A DNA stretch of 64,000 nt from Glaucostegus cemiculus. Taxonomy: Eukaryota. Shown piece by piece: positions 12,141 through 25,315 of the stretch; position 1 is the first letter of the stretch, and each line of letters opens with the position of its first letter. Position numbers and translations under genes: made by a program. The stretch is taken from NCBI GenBank assembly GCA_976551045.1, contig CDPCPM010000050.1:10788001-10852000 (forward strand). Reading direction: 5' to 3'. The notes below the pieces were generated by a model. The model made no database searches and was not told where the DNA came from. It saw only the letters and a list, made by a program, of their open reading frames with translations.

Positions 12141-15100
12141 TTCGATTTCCAGGATATTTTAAAACCAGACTACTTTGTTAAAAAGCTAAATTTATATCAG
12201 TTTAATGATCTTAACTTGACTGAGTTGAAGGAGGCTACAATAGAACAGACTGTAAAGATGTACTGAATCATTAACAGAAACTTAAGAATTTCCATGTGCA
12301 GAAGTCCTAATTTTACAGAATAATGATGGCAGATATTATGAGTTTGTCCTCATTATTACCAGTAGACTGGGGCCAATATTTCAAATTATCATGTGTGGAG
12401 CATCTAAAGAGACCAAAGTCCCTGCTTGAGAACCTTTAAACTCAATATGGTATGCCAGTGAAGATCTATTCTATATGGTCCACCACTCTGGAATTATGTT
12501 GAAGCTACATCCCAGAAATGTATTACTATGACTTGGAAAATTGCAGACTAATTGAGCCTGCAAATCCTTTTCATTCTGAACACAATCCATTTCTTGAAAA
12601 GAGTCATCATGTCCTTCTGTGTTTTAACCTGTGCACATTCAGAAACAAAAATTCCAACCTGAGTTCAGGCAGGTGGTGGAACAATTCTTCCTCTGTCACT
12701 ACCATGTCACAATGCACAATATTGGGTTGCGCACTGCAGTCTACTTCTGAAATTTGGTTCAATTAATTTCAATTGAACTGAATTTCAGAAACAGAACACA
12801 AATGTGGAGGCACAACTATATTCCAGATTGATCTGCTTCAAGGGGACAAGGAGACAAAATAGACCATAGTCTTGGTCACAGAAGGTGTTGTTTATGACTT
12901 TCCTTGGGAATGTGAGTGGAGCAGAAGCCAAGGTACAGGAAGTCCAATATGTAATTGGACTTAGATGCTCTACACAGGAGAGTGGGACATGGGATCAGGT
13001 GGTGGCCATGCATTCTTGTAAAAGCAAAGGAAGACAAAATGATTGTAAATAAAGACAGAGAGGATGAGAAGCAGGGTTTTTGAAGAGGGAATTTTAACAC
13101 TGATTTGATAGTGAGGGGGAAAATCACAAAGGAAAAAAATATTTATATTAACAGTGATGAAGTCAAGAATAGAATAGCAGTTGGACAGCCTGATATTTAC
13201 TGGGCACAGGGACTTGGAACAGAAGGTAAGTCACATGGATAATATTTGCTGAGGGAGAACAGAGGGTAAGAAATTAGAGAGAAAGAGAGTGAGAGACAGA
13301 GAGCTAGGGGTTCAGCGCTAGAGTAGAGTGAAGATTGGAGGATTTGATTTAGGATGAAAGGACAAGTGGGACACAGAAGTGTTTATGTATTAATCTTAAC
13401 AGTGAAGAAACAACCACTTACACTTGCTTTTAGTGCTGTGGATAGAAGGGTCAAGGGGAAGTAATTTGAGGATATGGTTGGTAATAAAGAAAAACTGGGA
13501 TTACTTTTCCCTTCCAGGCTGACCCTGTATTCTTGGCTGCGTTGGCAGAAGAGTGTGTGACCTGAAAGAGCCCAATGTGCTCAGTCTTGGTATGGTATGA
13601 CTGTCAGTTGTGTCCAGGTAGGTAAGGGCACCTGGAACTCAGAGAATGTTTCTACTTTATATATGATAGAATTTTGCATGGTTCCATGACTGTGATGTTT
13701 AGTTGATTACACAAAATGCCAATATTAAGGGTTTAGTTTCATCAGAAACCATTCATTAGTGGAAATCATCGGTTTCGTTTGAATCGACGCACTAAAAATA
13801 TTAGAATTTAATGTATATAAAATATGCTGAGAACATAGTCAATGAGTTCTGATATTGAAAATTGTTTAAAAGAAATCAAAATGTCAATAATAACATGTTA
13901 GCTAAGGACCAAAGTAATGTTCTAGGAATTATAAATTTATGTGCAGACCCATTGACCATGAAGTGACAGGGAAAAGCTTTAGATGAAACTGTGAAGAAAA
14001 TTCGCTAGTAATACTTTATATGATGAAGTAGCTCACGTGAGGTGCTCTTGTTTAGTTTAAGCAACGGCGAGCAGGGAGTGGACATGTCAGACTGGCGTAA
14101 CACCCTTGTCTTGAATAAGCACGAACGGCAAATCGGGATCTGGCACCCAAATTATGCAGCCACCTCAGCACGGGTGCGCTCCGAAACCAGACGAGACAAA
14201 AGTGACAAGCAATGAACGCCATCAAAGCAAATTCACAGGGTTTCAAATTCTAGTTATTGAAATTCACAAGAGTAAAAACGTTTAAAGACAATTTCCTCCT
14301 TGCAATGAGAATTTGATTTCAAATAGTTCATAACTCGCCTTTCCTATGTTGCCTTTCATCTTTCCTGTGTTGCTTCGTCTCCATGCGTTAGGCTACAGGG
14401 CAATGTTATGAGAGGCAACACATTGTTCGGCAAGCAATCGCTCGATGTCTGTAACAGAGCAGCAAAGGACACGTCATCTCTCATTCCTTTAATTTAGTAA
14501 CTCTCGGTTTCTATCAATCAACAGCAAAGTTTATAAGATCCAACTTATCTATAATACTTCTTCATTACGAATAATACAGAGAAAAAATTAAGTTAATGAT
14601 TAGTTAATCTGTTTAAACATTAGCACATCGAAATACACATCAGCCTCAGGGAAATACTCTGTCTACAGTGATACAGTCTACTCTGTCTTACATAACTGGG
14701 TTGCTATGAACTTTGGAAACAGTTTTATCCTTAAATAGGCTCAATTTTAGATGCCTTAATAATATGTAAATCGTTCTCTTATGTTGCTTGCTCCTAATTA
14801 TCGACAAAATGTGCAGGTTATACGAATAGGACTCAAATAATTTACCGTGTCTAGCTTAATTCTGTTAATGCTGATCGGAGTTAGCAGTTAGCTGGTTAGT
14901 ATTAAGGCTACGTTTTGTTTATTGCATCTATTAGACTGTTATATGGACCTAAAGGCGTGGTAATTATACTGTTAATTTTTAAAGATCGGTTTCCCAAGTG
15001 AGAACTATTTCTATAAAAACGAGAAAGGCACAATGCAGAGAAAGCGCAGGCAGTGTCGAGTGGTGTAAAGTTGTGAGTCTCTAGTGGAAAAAAGGAAAAC

Positions 15101-18100
15101 AAATAGTCGCATATACATACTATGGTTCCAGAACATAATGACTGAACTTACAGTTAAATCGCCCAACTCAGAGACCCTTATAAGAGTGTTGACTATAATT
15201 ACATTGAAATAAAATAAACAGTAATAGTATAATTAAAATGTGCGAGGATCCAGCAAAGTGAGAGTTTAAATTAAATTAATTTATTTGAATGCTTAACAAC
15301 GCATATCACATTGGAATCCTTCACGTTTACTACTGTTCCAGTTCCATTCGCAGATGTAACAATATTTATTTTAATATTTTACAGCTTTGTGTAATTGTGA
15401 AGAAAGTTTGCTGGAAAATTGTGGGAAAAGAAAGTAACAACGAATCAGAATTGATTGGTAATTTCCACTATTTACTGACGACTACAATCGATACATAGCT
15501 ATACTTGTGTACACACCATCCGTGCGTGCATTAGTGTAGCTGCGCGGAGCTTTTAGAACTGGAGCACTGGTCGTGTTTTCGCTCTGGAGGGTGTAGTGTA
15601 ATGAATTGTGAAGGTCTCTAATGGCTGAAGCAGAGTTCCTGTGATGCAGATGGCGGAAATTGAAAGGAGGAAGCTATGGTCTTGCTCTCCTTTACATAGG
15701 AAACAATAAAATGAAGGAATCCCCTCTAGGTGATAGAGCTAGAACTGGCGGGGCTGCGGTGTGGGGGGAAGGGAAGAACGGGGGATCTTTCTCGGCCTCA
15801 TCCTCTCCTATTTTCTGGGCACACACCTTTCCATTGTTTCTATCCCTCAGAAGTCTGTCCCCCCATTCGAAAATATCGCTTTTTTTTTCTCGTCCATCTC
15901 GAGGATACGAAATATAGCTCAAACATTGCAAATGTTTAGACGGGATTTTTGTTTCACAGCTAAATTGTGTTTCTTAAACTCATCAAGTAAATAGGCGTAT
16001 GTTCCAAGGGAATTGGTTAAATCTACTATGGAAAATCAAGGAGGCAGGTCTCCCAAACAACTCGTTCTAATTATAATAATATTCGTGTCCCTTTCCAAAT
16101 AAAACAATCCAATATCACTGTTGGCTAAAAAAATGTCTAACTCATGTTCCTTCAAGTCTGTTTCCGGTCGGTTCTGGTTACATGGGAGTCCATAACTGCG
16201 AGGTTATACTGCAGATCAGTTGAATAATGGAAGAAAGCCGAAGTTGCCCACTCAATGCTTCCATGTAGCTCCGCTCTTTTGCTCAACAGTTCTGTTGGCA
16301 AGTGCTCTAGCGTGGTTCTTCCTGCTCATCGGGAGCGTGTTTGAAGATCGCGAAGCAGGAGAGAAGAGTTCTGTCACAGCTTTATCTGACATTGGAACTT
16401 TGCAACAAGACGATTAGTTTTAAGCAGTTCCTCCAGCATACCAGCGTGCCCTTTGCTATGCATTAGCGATTGTCCATGAGTCAGTCCACCTAAACCTACG
16501 GTGAGCAGCAGTTCTCCCAGGTGCTATGCTCACTATGCCAGAATTTACCCTATATGCGCTTGACATCCATCCAAGCTAGTGTGGATGGAAGAGTTCTCAT
16601 TCGTAGACTCCCAGAGAGGGGTGGGAGAGAGGAGCACTGCCCGAATGAGTCCAATTTCTTCCACAATTCAACTGATCTGTTCTCCAAACCCGCAATCATA
16701 GACTAGTATGTAATCAGAAACGGCCGGAAGTACACTATTTAGACTTTGCCTTTTTTTGTTTACCAACGTTGACTTTGGTGAACGTGTGCACCCAGATCCA
16801 CGGGGTTGAAGAACTGAAGTCGCTGTGATGGAGCTTCACCGTTGTCTTCCTCACTGAACCTGAGCGTGTTCCCTCTAATAACACATCGCACGTGTCGCCT
16901 TCGGAGCTGATATCCATAAACGTCAGCTTCCATTTGGAAAACAACGTCGGTTTAAAAAAACGCCAATAGGGGAATGTTGTGGTATAATTTCTCCTGACCT
17001 ATTCACACGGATGGGGATCGTGGCTCGACAGAATTTAGCAACTCCCACCAAACTCAGTGTGCGATCTGTCAAGCATCTCTCTTGTTTCACTCTGTGACCG
17101 GTGTAACCTTGATTTTCGGTGGTTTCCGTGCAGAGAGGCAAAGGTGATCATATAACCTACAGGTAGGCTTCAAACAAGCGCCAGTTGAACTTAACACCAG
17201 AGAAATGAGGATTTTTTGTGTGAGTATATTCGTCGGTGTTGGAGTTCGGAAAGTGTGCGGGTTGATCTGCCTGTAATGCATGGCTTTGGCAATAGAAATA
17301 ACGCATAAAGCGACAAATACGTTATAGTACTTTGCTTCTCTGGGATTAAATATCTCTTGGATAGGAATACGCTTTTACTGGTCCAAAGTCTTTTCATGAA
17401 GCACTCATAACCGTTATTGTAGTTTTCGGATTGAATAGGACCAGGAACAACATTATTTAAAATCACATCCTCACCCGTATTACACTTTTAATCATCGTCA
17501 TTTGGGTCCTCAGTATGAGTAGATCTTGAACCTTTAATATTGTGCTCCGAGAGTGTAGTTAGGAAGGATTTTGTGCGGTCGGATGGAAACTTTCCTGCCA
17601 CGTCCAAACGTGTCGTGTAAAAAAAAAACTGAACCACAGCACATTAACAACATTTGATGAAGTTTTCAAGGCATTTTGGAGGATGAATTTTGTTCTCTTG
17701 CTTGATGATGTGGGGTATTGGACAACAAGCACACTCTTAGCTTGTCTCTGTTCCAGATGTTTACTTTAACCTTGCCTCTGGCTGTTGGCAAACACTATCC
17801 TTTTACTTTCAAGACCCCTTCGGAGTTATTTATTCGAACTTAGTTTGTTAGGTGATTTATTTTCATGGTTTCGAAGTTGTCTGAACTACAAACTCTGCAA
17901 AGTTTGAACGCTGAAGAGTTAAAATAAATTCAGTGGTGCCTATTATTCTCATCTAACCATAAGCGTGAAAAGTTTAATTCCAGTCTACGGGCTGTTTAGT
18001 ACAAAAGGCGATTCTTTCTCTTGAAATAAACTGCAAACCACATGCTATGCACTCTATTTAATTATACCTGCTTTGAACATAACGAACCAAATGCAAATTT

Positions 18101-19019
18101 AGAAATAATATGTTTTATTATGGAAATTGGGAACCTTCTCACGTTTCAAGTTCCTCTAATAAAACGTTTTCACAGTTTATCACATCCGTAACGTTTATCG
18201 CACAGATGCACCAATCCAGATGCAACCGATGAGCGCTGGTAAGTATAAAATTGGAAACTTCGTTACAAATGCTCACCCAGCCAATTTCAAGGTTATGATT
18301 TGAAAACGCCGCATTCACTTCTAAATGGAACAGTGCTCTATGTTTTGAACAACTTTATAACAATAAGCCGGTCGTTTCGACGCAACGTCTTCGTTCGTGC
18401 TCAAGTATCCCGCAGAGGCCAGAGTCCATTCAATTTAATGCTAAGTGTTACTGAAATTATATTTAAATGCTGGGAGAAGAGAAACAATTATTTTCGATTG
18501 GCAGCCTCCTCAGGGAAATAATTGATTGGCCCATTCTGTGTCACGAAATCTTAATCCGTTTCTTCCTGGGAGGATTTTCGCTGTTTGTCCACCTTCCGCT
18601 GAATCGAAGTGATTTGGTCAACTATCTTCATTTTTAATCTAACACTTCGAACGGCCGCTCTCTTTAGGGCAAGTTCCAAAGAAAAACAGAACCGGAAACT
18701 ATTAGTAAATTTCCTGGAAAGTGGGGAGCGTTGAAACGAATACTGTTTTCGATCGGATAAACGCTGGCCGCAGCTGGCCGTTGGGCAGGGCGGAGAGTGT
18801 CCAGCTGGGATGAAGAAATATATATTCCACTGGTTTCTGCAACATGTTTCACAGGTGGAACCTACTGCATGTGTGCGTCTGACATGTTAATTGCAGCACC
18901 ATTTCAATTCCAGAAACTGTCTCCCTTATAAAATAGTTGATGGGATCTTGCCCTGGACCTGCTGTTGTGACCGATGTTCACTCACAGTTAGTAGGACGTA
19001 AACAAACAAACGTAAGTAA

Positions 19020-19115
19020 TGACAGAAAATGATGAAAATACTCAGAGCGCCAGGCAGCATCTGTGGAGAGAGAAGCAGAGCTGATGTTTCAGATTGATGG
19101 CCTTTCATCAGAACT
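19020..19115 (-). mobile_element. Penelope pseudo-LTR copy with hammerhead ribozyme-like core
   Basis: Minus strand AGTT-CTGATGA-AAGGCCATCAATCT-GAAA-CATC-AGCT, followed by CTGCTTCTCTCTCCACAGATGCTGCC. Confidence 0.7.
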
Positions 19116-19496
19116 TTGTAAATGCAAGCTGAAGAGCGCTTCTCAAATGCGAGTGTCCGGGGAAGTGTGATGGCAGCAGTCCTTGCAGTTTCCCATCTTC
19201 AATGGCAAAGTCCAAGTGACCGACAAATCCGGGTCCGGGCGGAGCACACATTTAACCAGGCTGATTCAGTAACAGCCCTGGGCTGCAATGTTTTGACGTT
19301 TAATTTCTGTTCCCGAGAAAAAGGGGGGTTGACAGGAGATTCTTTCTCTAGAATGGCTCCGGCCTGGTTGTCTGTTCGGGCGGGATTGGTACGGGATCTT
19401 CGGCGAGCCTTTCGTTTTTTGCAAACGTCAACTTTTCACAACAGGGATGCGTCAATGAATATGTATGCATTTAAAATATCGATTCTTTTAATTTTT

Positions 19497-19690
19497 GCAG
19501 GTTGGTAAATTAATTGATCACTGTAGTGTGTGTAGTCCCTAGTGTGTACGTGAGGGGCAGAATCTGGGAGGAATTGATGAGAACGTGGGAAGAATGAAGA
19601 AGGGGGTTAATGCACCATTAGTACAAAATGGGAAGGCACGGACTTGGTGGACTGAAGGGTCTGTGTCCGTACTGTATCTCTCTTTGACTC
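19497..19690 (+). mobile_element. 3' half of a V-SINE with CR1-like tail
   Basis: GGTTGGTAAATTAATTGATCACTGT...CCCTAGTGTG...GGACTGAAGGGTCTGTGTCCGTACTGTATCTCT. Confidence 0.55.
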
Positions 19691-20599
19691 TAGTTTGCCA
19701 CTACAATATACTTTTACTTTACAACAATGTCGGTGCCGTATTTGGTACCGGGGCGATCGACCAGCCTATCTGATTTTATTGATTCTCAGCCATTCTGGAG
19801 GTGAAAACAGCCAAAATACAATTGTGCATAATATCTCCAGCTGAGTACATTCTCCAACTGCCCACGCCCGGAAAACGATACTCAGCCACTGAAGGTTTTA
19901 TGTACGAATCGTTGCGACTTCAATATCACGTTGCAATCCAAGTATTTTTCTGTGTGTGGGGAGGGTGAAAAGGATAACTCTTCGCATAATTTTTGTGCTG
20001 AGGGGTTTAGGGATTTTGCTATTTTCCGCGATTTTTTTGCTCAGAATGGTGCCAGTAAAGTACTGAGCAATTTCTTCAGTGGGTTTCCCGATCAAGGATT
20101 AGGAGGACGATGCCTGGATCTCCCGGGAAAATCGCCCCTTGGGACTGAGCAAGAGTATCGATCCAAATTGTAATTTGTGGGGCTTCCAAACACACAGAGT
20201 TCCTGTCGACCTTTGAGAATAATTATTTTCTTTGTGTACTTGGAGGATCAATCCTAATTCATCTCTTCAAGTCAAAAGATCTCACTTCAAATGTAAATAA
20301 CTGCAGGCTATCTAAGAATATATGGAATTTCAAATGCAAGGAAAATGTATGTTTAAGGGATCACCGCGAAGCTGGCTTTAGCTAAACGCGGAGCATGGCC
20401 AATAAACGTGAATTCGGTGAAGTGCGTTTCAATTCAGCGACCTTCCAGTGATTGCATTGGTTAGACTTCATTCCGAAGCGCATTATTACCACTTATAGTT
20501 CAAAAGTGGAACTACGTTACAACTAAGGAATTAGTGAATTCCACAAAGAACAAACTAAGGAGTAATGTGAAGTGCAGAATTATTCAACTCATTTGATGA

Positions 20600-20980
20600 G
20601 GTGAAGCGGTTCAGAGAAGGTTAACTGGACTGATACCGGGAATGGGTGGGTTTTTTTACTGAGGAAAAGTTGGACGGGCAAGGCTTGTTTTTGCTGGAGT
20701 TTGGAAGATTGAGACGGGACTTGATTGAAGCATATGGCTTCCTAGGGAAGTAGAGTCAGTTTAAAAATAAAGGATTTAAGGCAAAAGTGAGGTGATTTTT
20801 CTTCCTACCAAGATTATTTGGAACTCTCTTCCTCAAAGGGCAACGAAAGCAGAACCTAATATGTTGAAGGCAGAGGTAGATAGATTGTTGATAAGCAAAG
20901 GGATGGAAGGATACTGACTATAATCTTGTTGATTGGCACAGCGGCCTGAGTGGGGAGTGGCCCACTCCAGTCCCAATTTG
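20600..20980 (+). mobile_element. Degenerate CR1 LINE 3' fragment
   Basis: EAVQRRLTGLIPGM motif at about 20603-20645, and GGCAGAGGTAGATAGATTGTTG further downstream. Confidence 0.65.
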
Positions 20981-21809
20981 TATATTTATTTGCGAAGGAA
21001 GTATTAACACCAGGGTAATCTTCCTCCAGCTCTGGTCTCCTGTGTAAATCAAAAATACAACTTGAAGATTAAATATAACAGTGAACAGACTGACTAAACT
21101 TTTCAAAGACAAGCTTATAGCTGATGGCATTAATATTTTTCACATAGTGATGATTATTTTAATTACCAGAAAAAGCTTATTGAAAAGTCAGTTGCATGTC
21201 ATGAGTGACAGCAGATCCTTCTTCCTGGTTGGATGAGCTAAACTGAAAACTTCAGTCTTCCGCACCTTTAGTTCATTTGGATTGTTATAGAATGTAATTT
21301 TCCCATGCATTGCGTTATGAATTTAGTTAAGCTTTGAGTTTCTCAGTATCAATTTGCATATGCTTTTTTCTACTGCTCTTGACTCCTGTCTTTCATTTTA
21401 ACTCAACTTTTGCTTCTTTCTTACCTCTTTGTGTTCACCAAACCTTTTCTCTTTTATCAATAGGCTTCCTTTTCCCCCCACTGAATACCTCCTTAAGTGG
21501 TTTAGTGTCAAATTTTGTTGTGATTAAGCACTTGTAGTGTTTAGGCAGGGCCTACTATATTTACGGAGCTATAAATGCATAAGCTGTTGTTGTATGATAA
21601 AACCTGTTTCAAAATCAATAATAAAGTATTTCAAAAATTATTCATATTTTATTTTTCCTTTTTCCTGAAATGCTACTGTGACTTAAATCATTGTGTACTG
21701 GTAAATGAGTTATCCATTGGAATTTCTTTCAGTTCTTTAAACAAGTGTTCATTCATTGTAACAGATCATAATCACTTGCTGCAAAATTTAACACTAAATT
21801 TTAAATTTA

Positions 21810-22045
21810 TTTACAGCGTGGTAACAGGCCCTTTCGGCCCAACGAGTCCGCACTGCCCATTTTAAACCCCCAAATTAACCTACCCATATGTCTTTAGAAT
21901 GTGGGAGGAAACCAGAGCACCCGGAGGAAACCCACGCAGACATGGGAGAATGTACAAACTCCTTACAGACAGCGACGGGAATCGAACCCCGATCGCTGGC
22001 ACTGTAACAGCATCATGCTAACCGCTATGCTAGCGTGCCACCCCT
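21810..22045 (-). mobile_element. Young tRNA-derived V-SINE with CR1-like tail
   Basis: Minus-strand B-box GGTTCGATTCCC (21977-21988), V-domain, and tail GGGCCGAAAGGGCCTGTTACCACGCTGTAA. CpGs are largely retained. Confidence 0.85.
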
Positions 22046-22104
22046 AAATATTCCTCAAAGGGTGATGGAAGCAAAACCTAATATTTCTCAGGCAGAGATA
22101 GATA

Positions 22105-22235
22105 GATGCTGATGATTCTCAATCTGAATCGTCGATTGTTCATTCTCCTCCATAGATGCTGCCTGACCTGCTGACTTCCTCCAGCATTTTGTGTGTTGCT
22201 CCAAATTCCAGCATTTGCAGTCCCTTGTGGCTCCA
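22105..22235 (+). mobile_element. Penelope pseudo-LTR copy with decayed HHR core
   Basis: CTGATGA(22109)...GAATCGTC...CCATAGATGCTGCCTGACCTGCTGACTTCCTCCAGCATTTTGTG...TTCCAGCATTTGCAG. Confidence 0.7.
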
Positions 22236-24944
22236 GATGCTTGATAGGCAAAGGAATGAAACATTTTCTGCCACAATCCTGTTGATTGTTCCTAATATTA
22301 CATTATTTTGGTGATTTTGTGATGTAATTGTATCTCCAGTTCTCCCATCCATACCATCCCGCCAAGACTGCATTGGGAAAAGTAATCAATAGCAATCTGA
22401 GAAAAAATACATAATAATAAGACTTACTAATGTTTCCTTCCTGATATTGATAATCAGACCTATCAGCTATTCCATGGTTCACTCATCTGAAGTAATGTTT
22501 TATTAATACTGTTAGAGCCAAATAAGTCTGCAGAAAATCAGTTGCTTGAGCATTCGACCAATCATGAAATACACATGAAGACATTCTAAATCAGAAACTA
22601 ATATATAAATGTCACATGGTTTTTCAGTTGGCCACTATTCTCATCACAGTTTTAATGATCAGCATAGAAACATGTGTTACCTTTAACGAGTCTTACAATG
22701 TTGAGAAATACAGGCCCCTAGGGTAAACCATCGTATGCTTTTGGTTGATTGAAGTTATTTGAATTTCACAGGAATTTAGTTTCATACAAAGTAAAAAGAA
22801 AACCATTTTGGCTGTTAAATGGTTAAAACATGTATTAAAATGTTCTTTTAATCCATCTCTTCAACAGAGTTCTATTTTGTTTATCTTGTGAGTATATGAG
22901 TTAAACAGGTTAAGAATATTTGTTACCAGGAACTTGATGAGTTAGCTGCTGAAAGCAGGAGTAGTGATGACAAAATACAATTGGCCTTAGGATCTTTTGG
23001 TTAGAGGAAAGGAAACCAGATAGCCCTTTGCTCCTCACACTAATTCACAACATATTCTGAAAGTGAGGATTCATGGATATAAGATGTGGATAGATTGAGA
23101 TGAAATGATGCAATATTTTTGACCAATTTCCTCCTGAGGTAACCATCATAATACTGTCAACCATTGTGTATAGTAACACCATTAGGACGAAGCTCTTGGA
23201 TGATCAGAAACTGTGAAAGGATGTATTAGAAAAGACTCCTTCAGTGGTGGGCATGAAGAGAAAGCATGAGTAAAAATTTCACCAAAATTCTTCAACCATT
23301 TAAAGATCAAATTTAAACATTCTAAATTTTGATATAATTTCAACTTCAGTTTAAAATCCTTCCCTGAATTTTATTTCACCGTAATCCTGTTGAAATAAGA
23401 AAACTGTCAGTTAAGTAGAAGTTATTGTTCTTGATCAAATACCTGAAATTGATATATTTTGTTTGCAACCAGGGTATGAATGAATGGCACAGGATGACAC
23501 CATCAGGATAGAAAACTGGACATCTCACATCTTAGAAAGTATCTAACCACAGTTCGCATTGGGTGTCTTCATTTTTAGGAGATCTTGGATATCAGTTCAG
23601 TGTAACAAAGCAATATTTGACAAAATGCTTCCGGAAAATCAAACATGACAACCATTGGGTTTTTTTGGTGTATTTGTGCCACCATATATTTTCAATTCAC
23701 TAACTTCAAATTTCATTCACTTGATTGAATGAGATAGAATTAATAAAACAAGAACTTATACAAAATCTCTATTACCTTTTCATTTCTAACCTTTGCTATC
23801 TTGGTTGTGACTTCACCAGGGCTGGCCCAGACCCAATATGTGTATGCAGAACCCTACTAACAAAATGCTATTAAATTTTCTGCAACATACAATGAGGAGT
23901 CACACAATTCAGAGATACCCATGTGTGGCGGAGGCACTGTGCATATTCAACTTACTGATAGCTACAAATGATTATTAAAAGTGAAAATGTCTTGTTGGGA
24001 GACATAAGAGATGGCAGATGCTGGAATCTGGAACATGTCTTATTGGGAGATTTGTAAATTGGGTAGAGTGATTAATAGTAATTCATTTGTATTTTTTAAC
24101 TTACTTGGTCACAGGAATAGACAGCCTCCTTTAAGATGCCCTTTAAAATCTATTTTTGATCACTCTTCACTGGAATCTCCTACTGTGGCAAAGAGATTTA
24201 TCTTTTGTTGATAGCTTTCCTTGTTTGCTACATTATGTTCGCTTTGATTTGCTACATTAAACTCTTCATAAAGCTGAGTTATTGTTGTTGTTATCATTGG
24301 GACATCCTAATTCTTCGAGGCAGCTTAACTCAGCTTCACTTTTTTTCCATCCAATCATGTAAATTAACCTCCTTCAGTTGCTAGACCAATTGTCTTTTGG
24401 AAGTTGATTCCACTACCCAAGTACATTTAGATCACTTTTATACAAAATAACAAAATCTATGACCATAATAATAATTTATAAGGACAACAAATTTCATTCC
24501 AGGAAGATCAACATCTGTCCTCCACACTTTCTATTCTTCAGCCCATCACATACCCAACCTATCACTTTCCCTCTGTCCAATCACTTTCTATTCTCCAAAT
24601 GTGATATGAGGTACTTAATCGAATGTCTTTTGAAAGTCAAATTTACAATATCTACAGCACTACCTTCAATAACCCTCTGTTACTTTGTCCAGGAACTCGG
24701 TTAGATCAGGCAGGCACACCTTGTAACTCTTGTATCTAAAAGTGGGGAACATCTTGAAAATAATCTGAAGTGGGTGGTAGCTATCAGGACCTCCTTCCTT
24801 TTTTGAATAGTGGTGTGACAATTCTAGTCCTCCAGTTTTCTAACGAAAGAGAATTTGCTTTTCAGAAGTAAATTGAGGCACGGTGAGAGCTTCTGCTTCT
24901 GTTTTAGATCCATCCGTACCTCCTTCAACAATCCAGATGAGCTG

Positions 24945-25315
24945 ACACATACTTATAATAAGCCCATGCAGCCCAGTGAGTCCATGCTTTTTCCCAAGGG
25001 AGCAATCCAATTAGTCCTATTCTCCCTCCCCTTTCGTTCCTGTATTACACTCTCACATCATTAATCTTTGACTGTGTGTTTCGATGTACATGTGACAAAT
25101 AAAGATATCTTATAATTTACACCAAGGGTAACCTACTGTCACCAATTACTTTACAAACCTATCTTTCAGATATGACAAGAAACAGTAGCACTGGGAAGAA
25201 ACCCACAGGGTCAGAGAGAGCATGTGTAAACGGCACAGACAGCACTTGAGATCAGGATTGAACCCACTTTGCTGGAGCCGTGAGACAGCAGCACAACTGC
25301 TGCACACCCGTGCTG
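24945..25315 (-). mobile_element. Degenerate V-SINE interrupted by a + strand tail fragment (25070-25113)
   Basis: GAAACAGTAGCACTGGGAAGAAACCCACAGGGTCA...GGATTGAACCC is a V-domain and tRNA head in reverse orientation. Confidence 0.55.

Larger units (their letters stand above)
13770..20450. promoter_or_regulatory. CpG-retaining (putatively unmethylated) distal domain
   Basis: CG dinucleotides are visibly frequent here and scarce in 1-13700 and 20500-34500, at similar AT-richness. Not quantified. Confidence 0.65.

Noticed and set aside
15640-15660. CTCF-like motif GATGCAGATGGCGG (also GCCACAGAGGGGTGC at about 44735)
   Set aside because: Only partial matches that cannot be separated from chance without PWM scoring or ChIP.
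16735-17466. Chain of short minus-strand ORFs inside the distal CpG domain as a hidden gene
   Set aside because: No recognisable homology or consistent splice pattern. A lncRNA cannot be excluded.
19122-19508. 128-aa ATG-initiated ORF
   Set aside because: No recognisable similarity, and it is flanked by repeat fragments.
21960-22045. tRNA gene (good B-box on the minus strand; also 11845-11915)
   Set aside because: It continues directly into a V-domain and LINE tail, so it is a SINE head.
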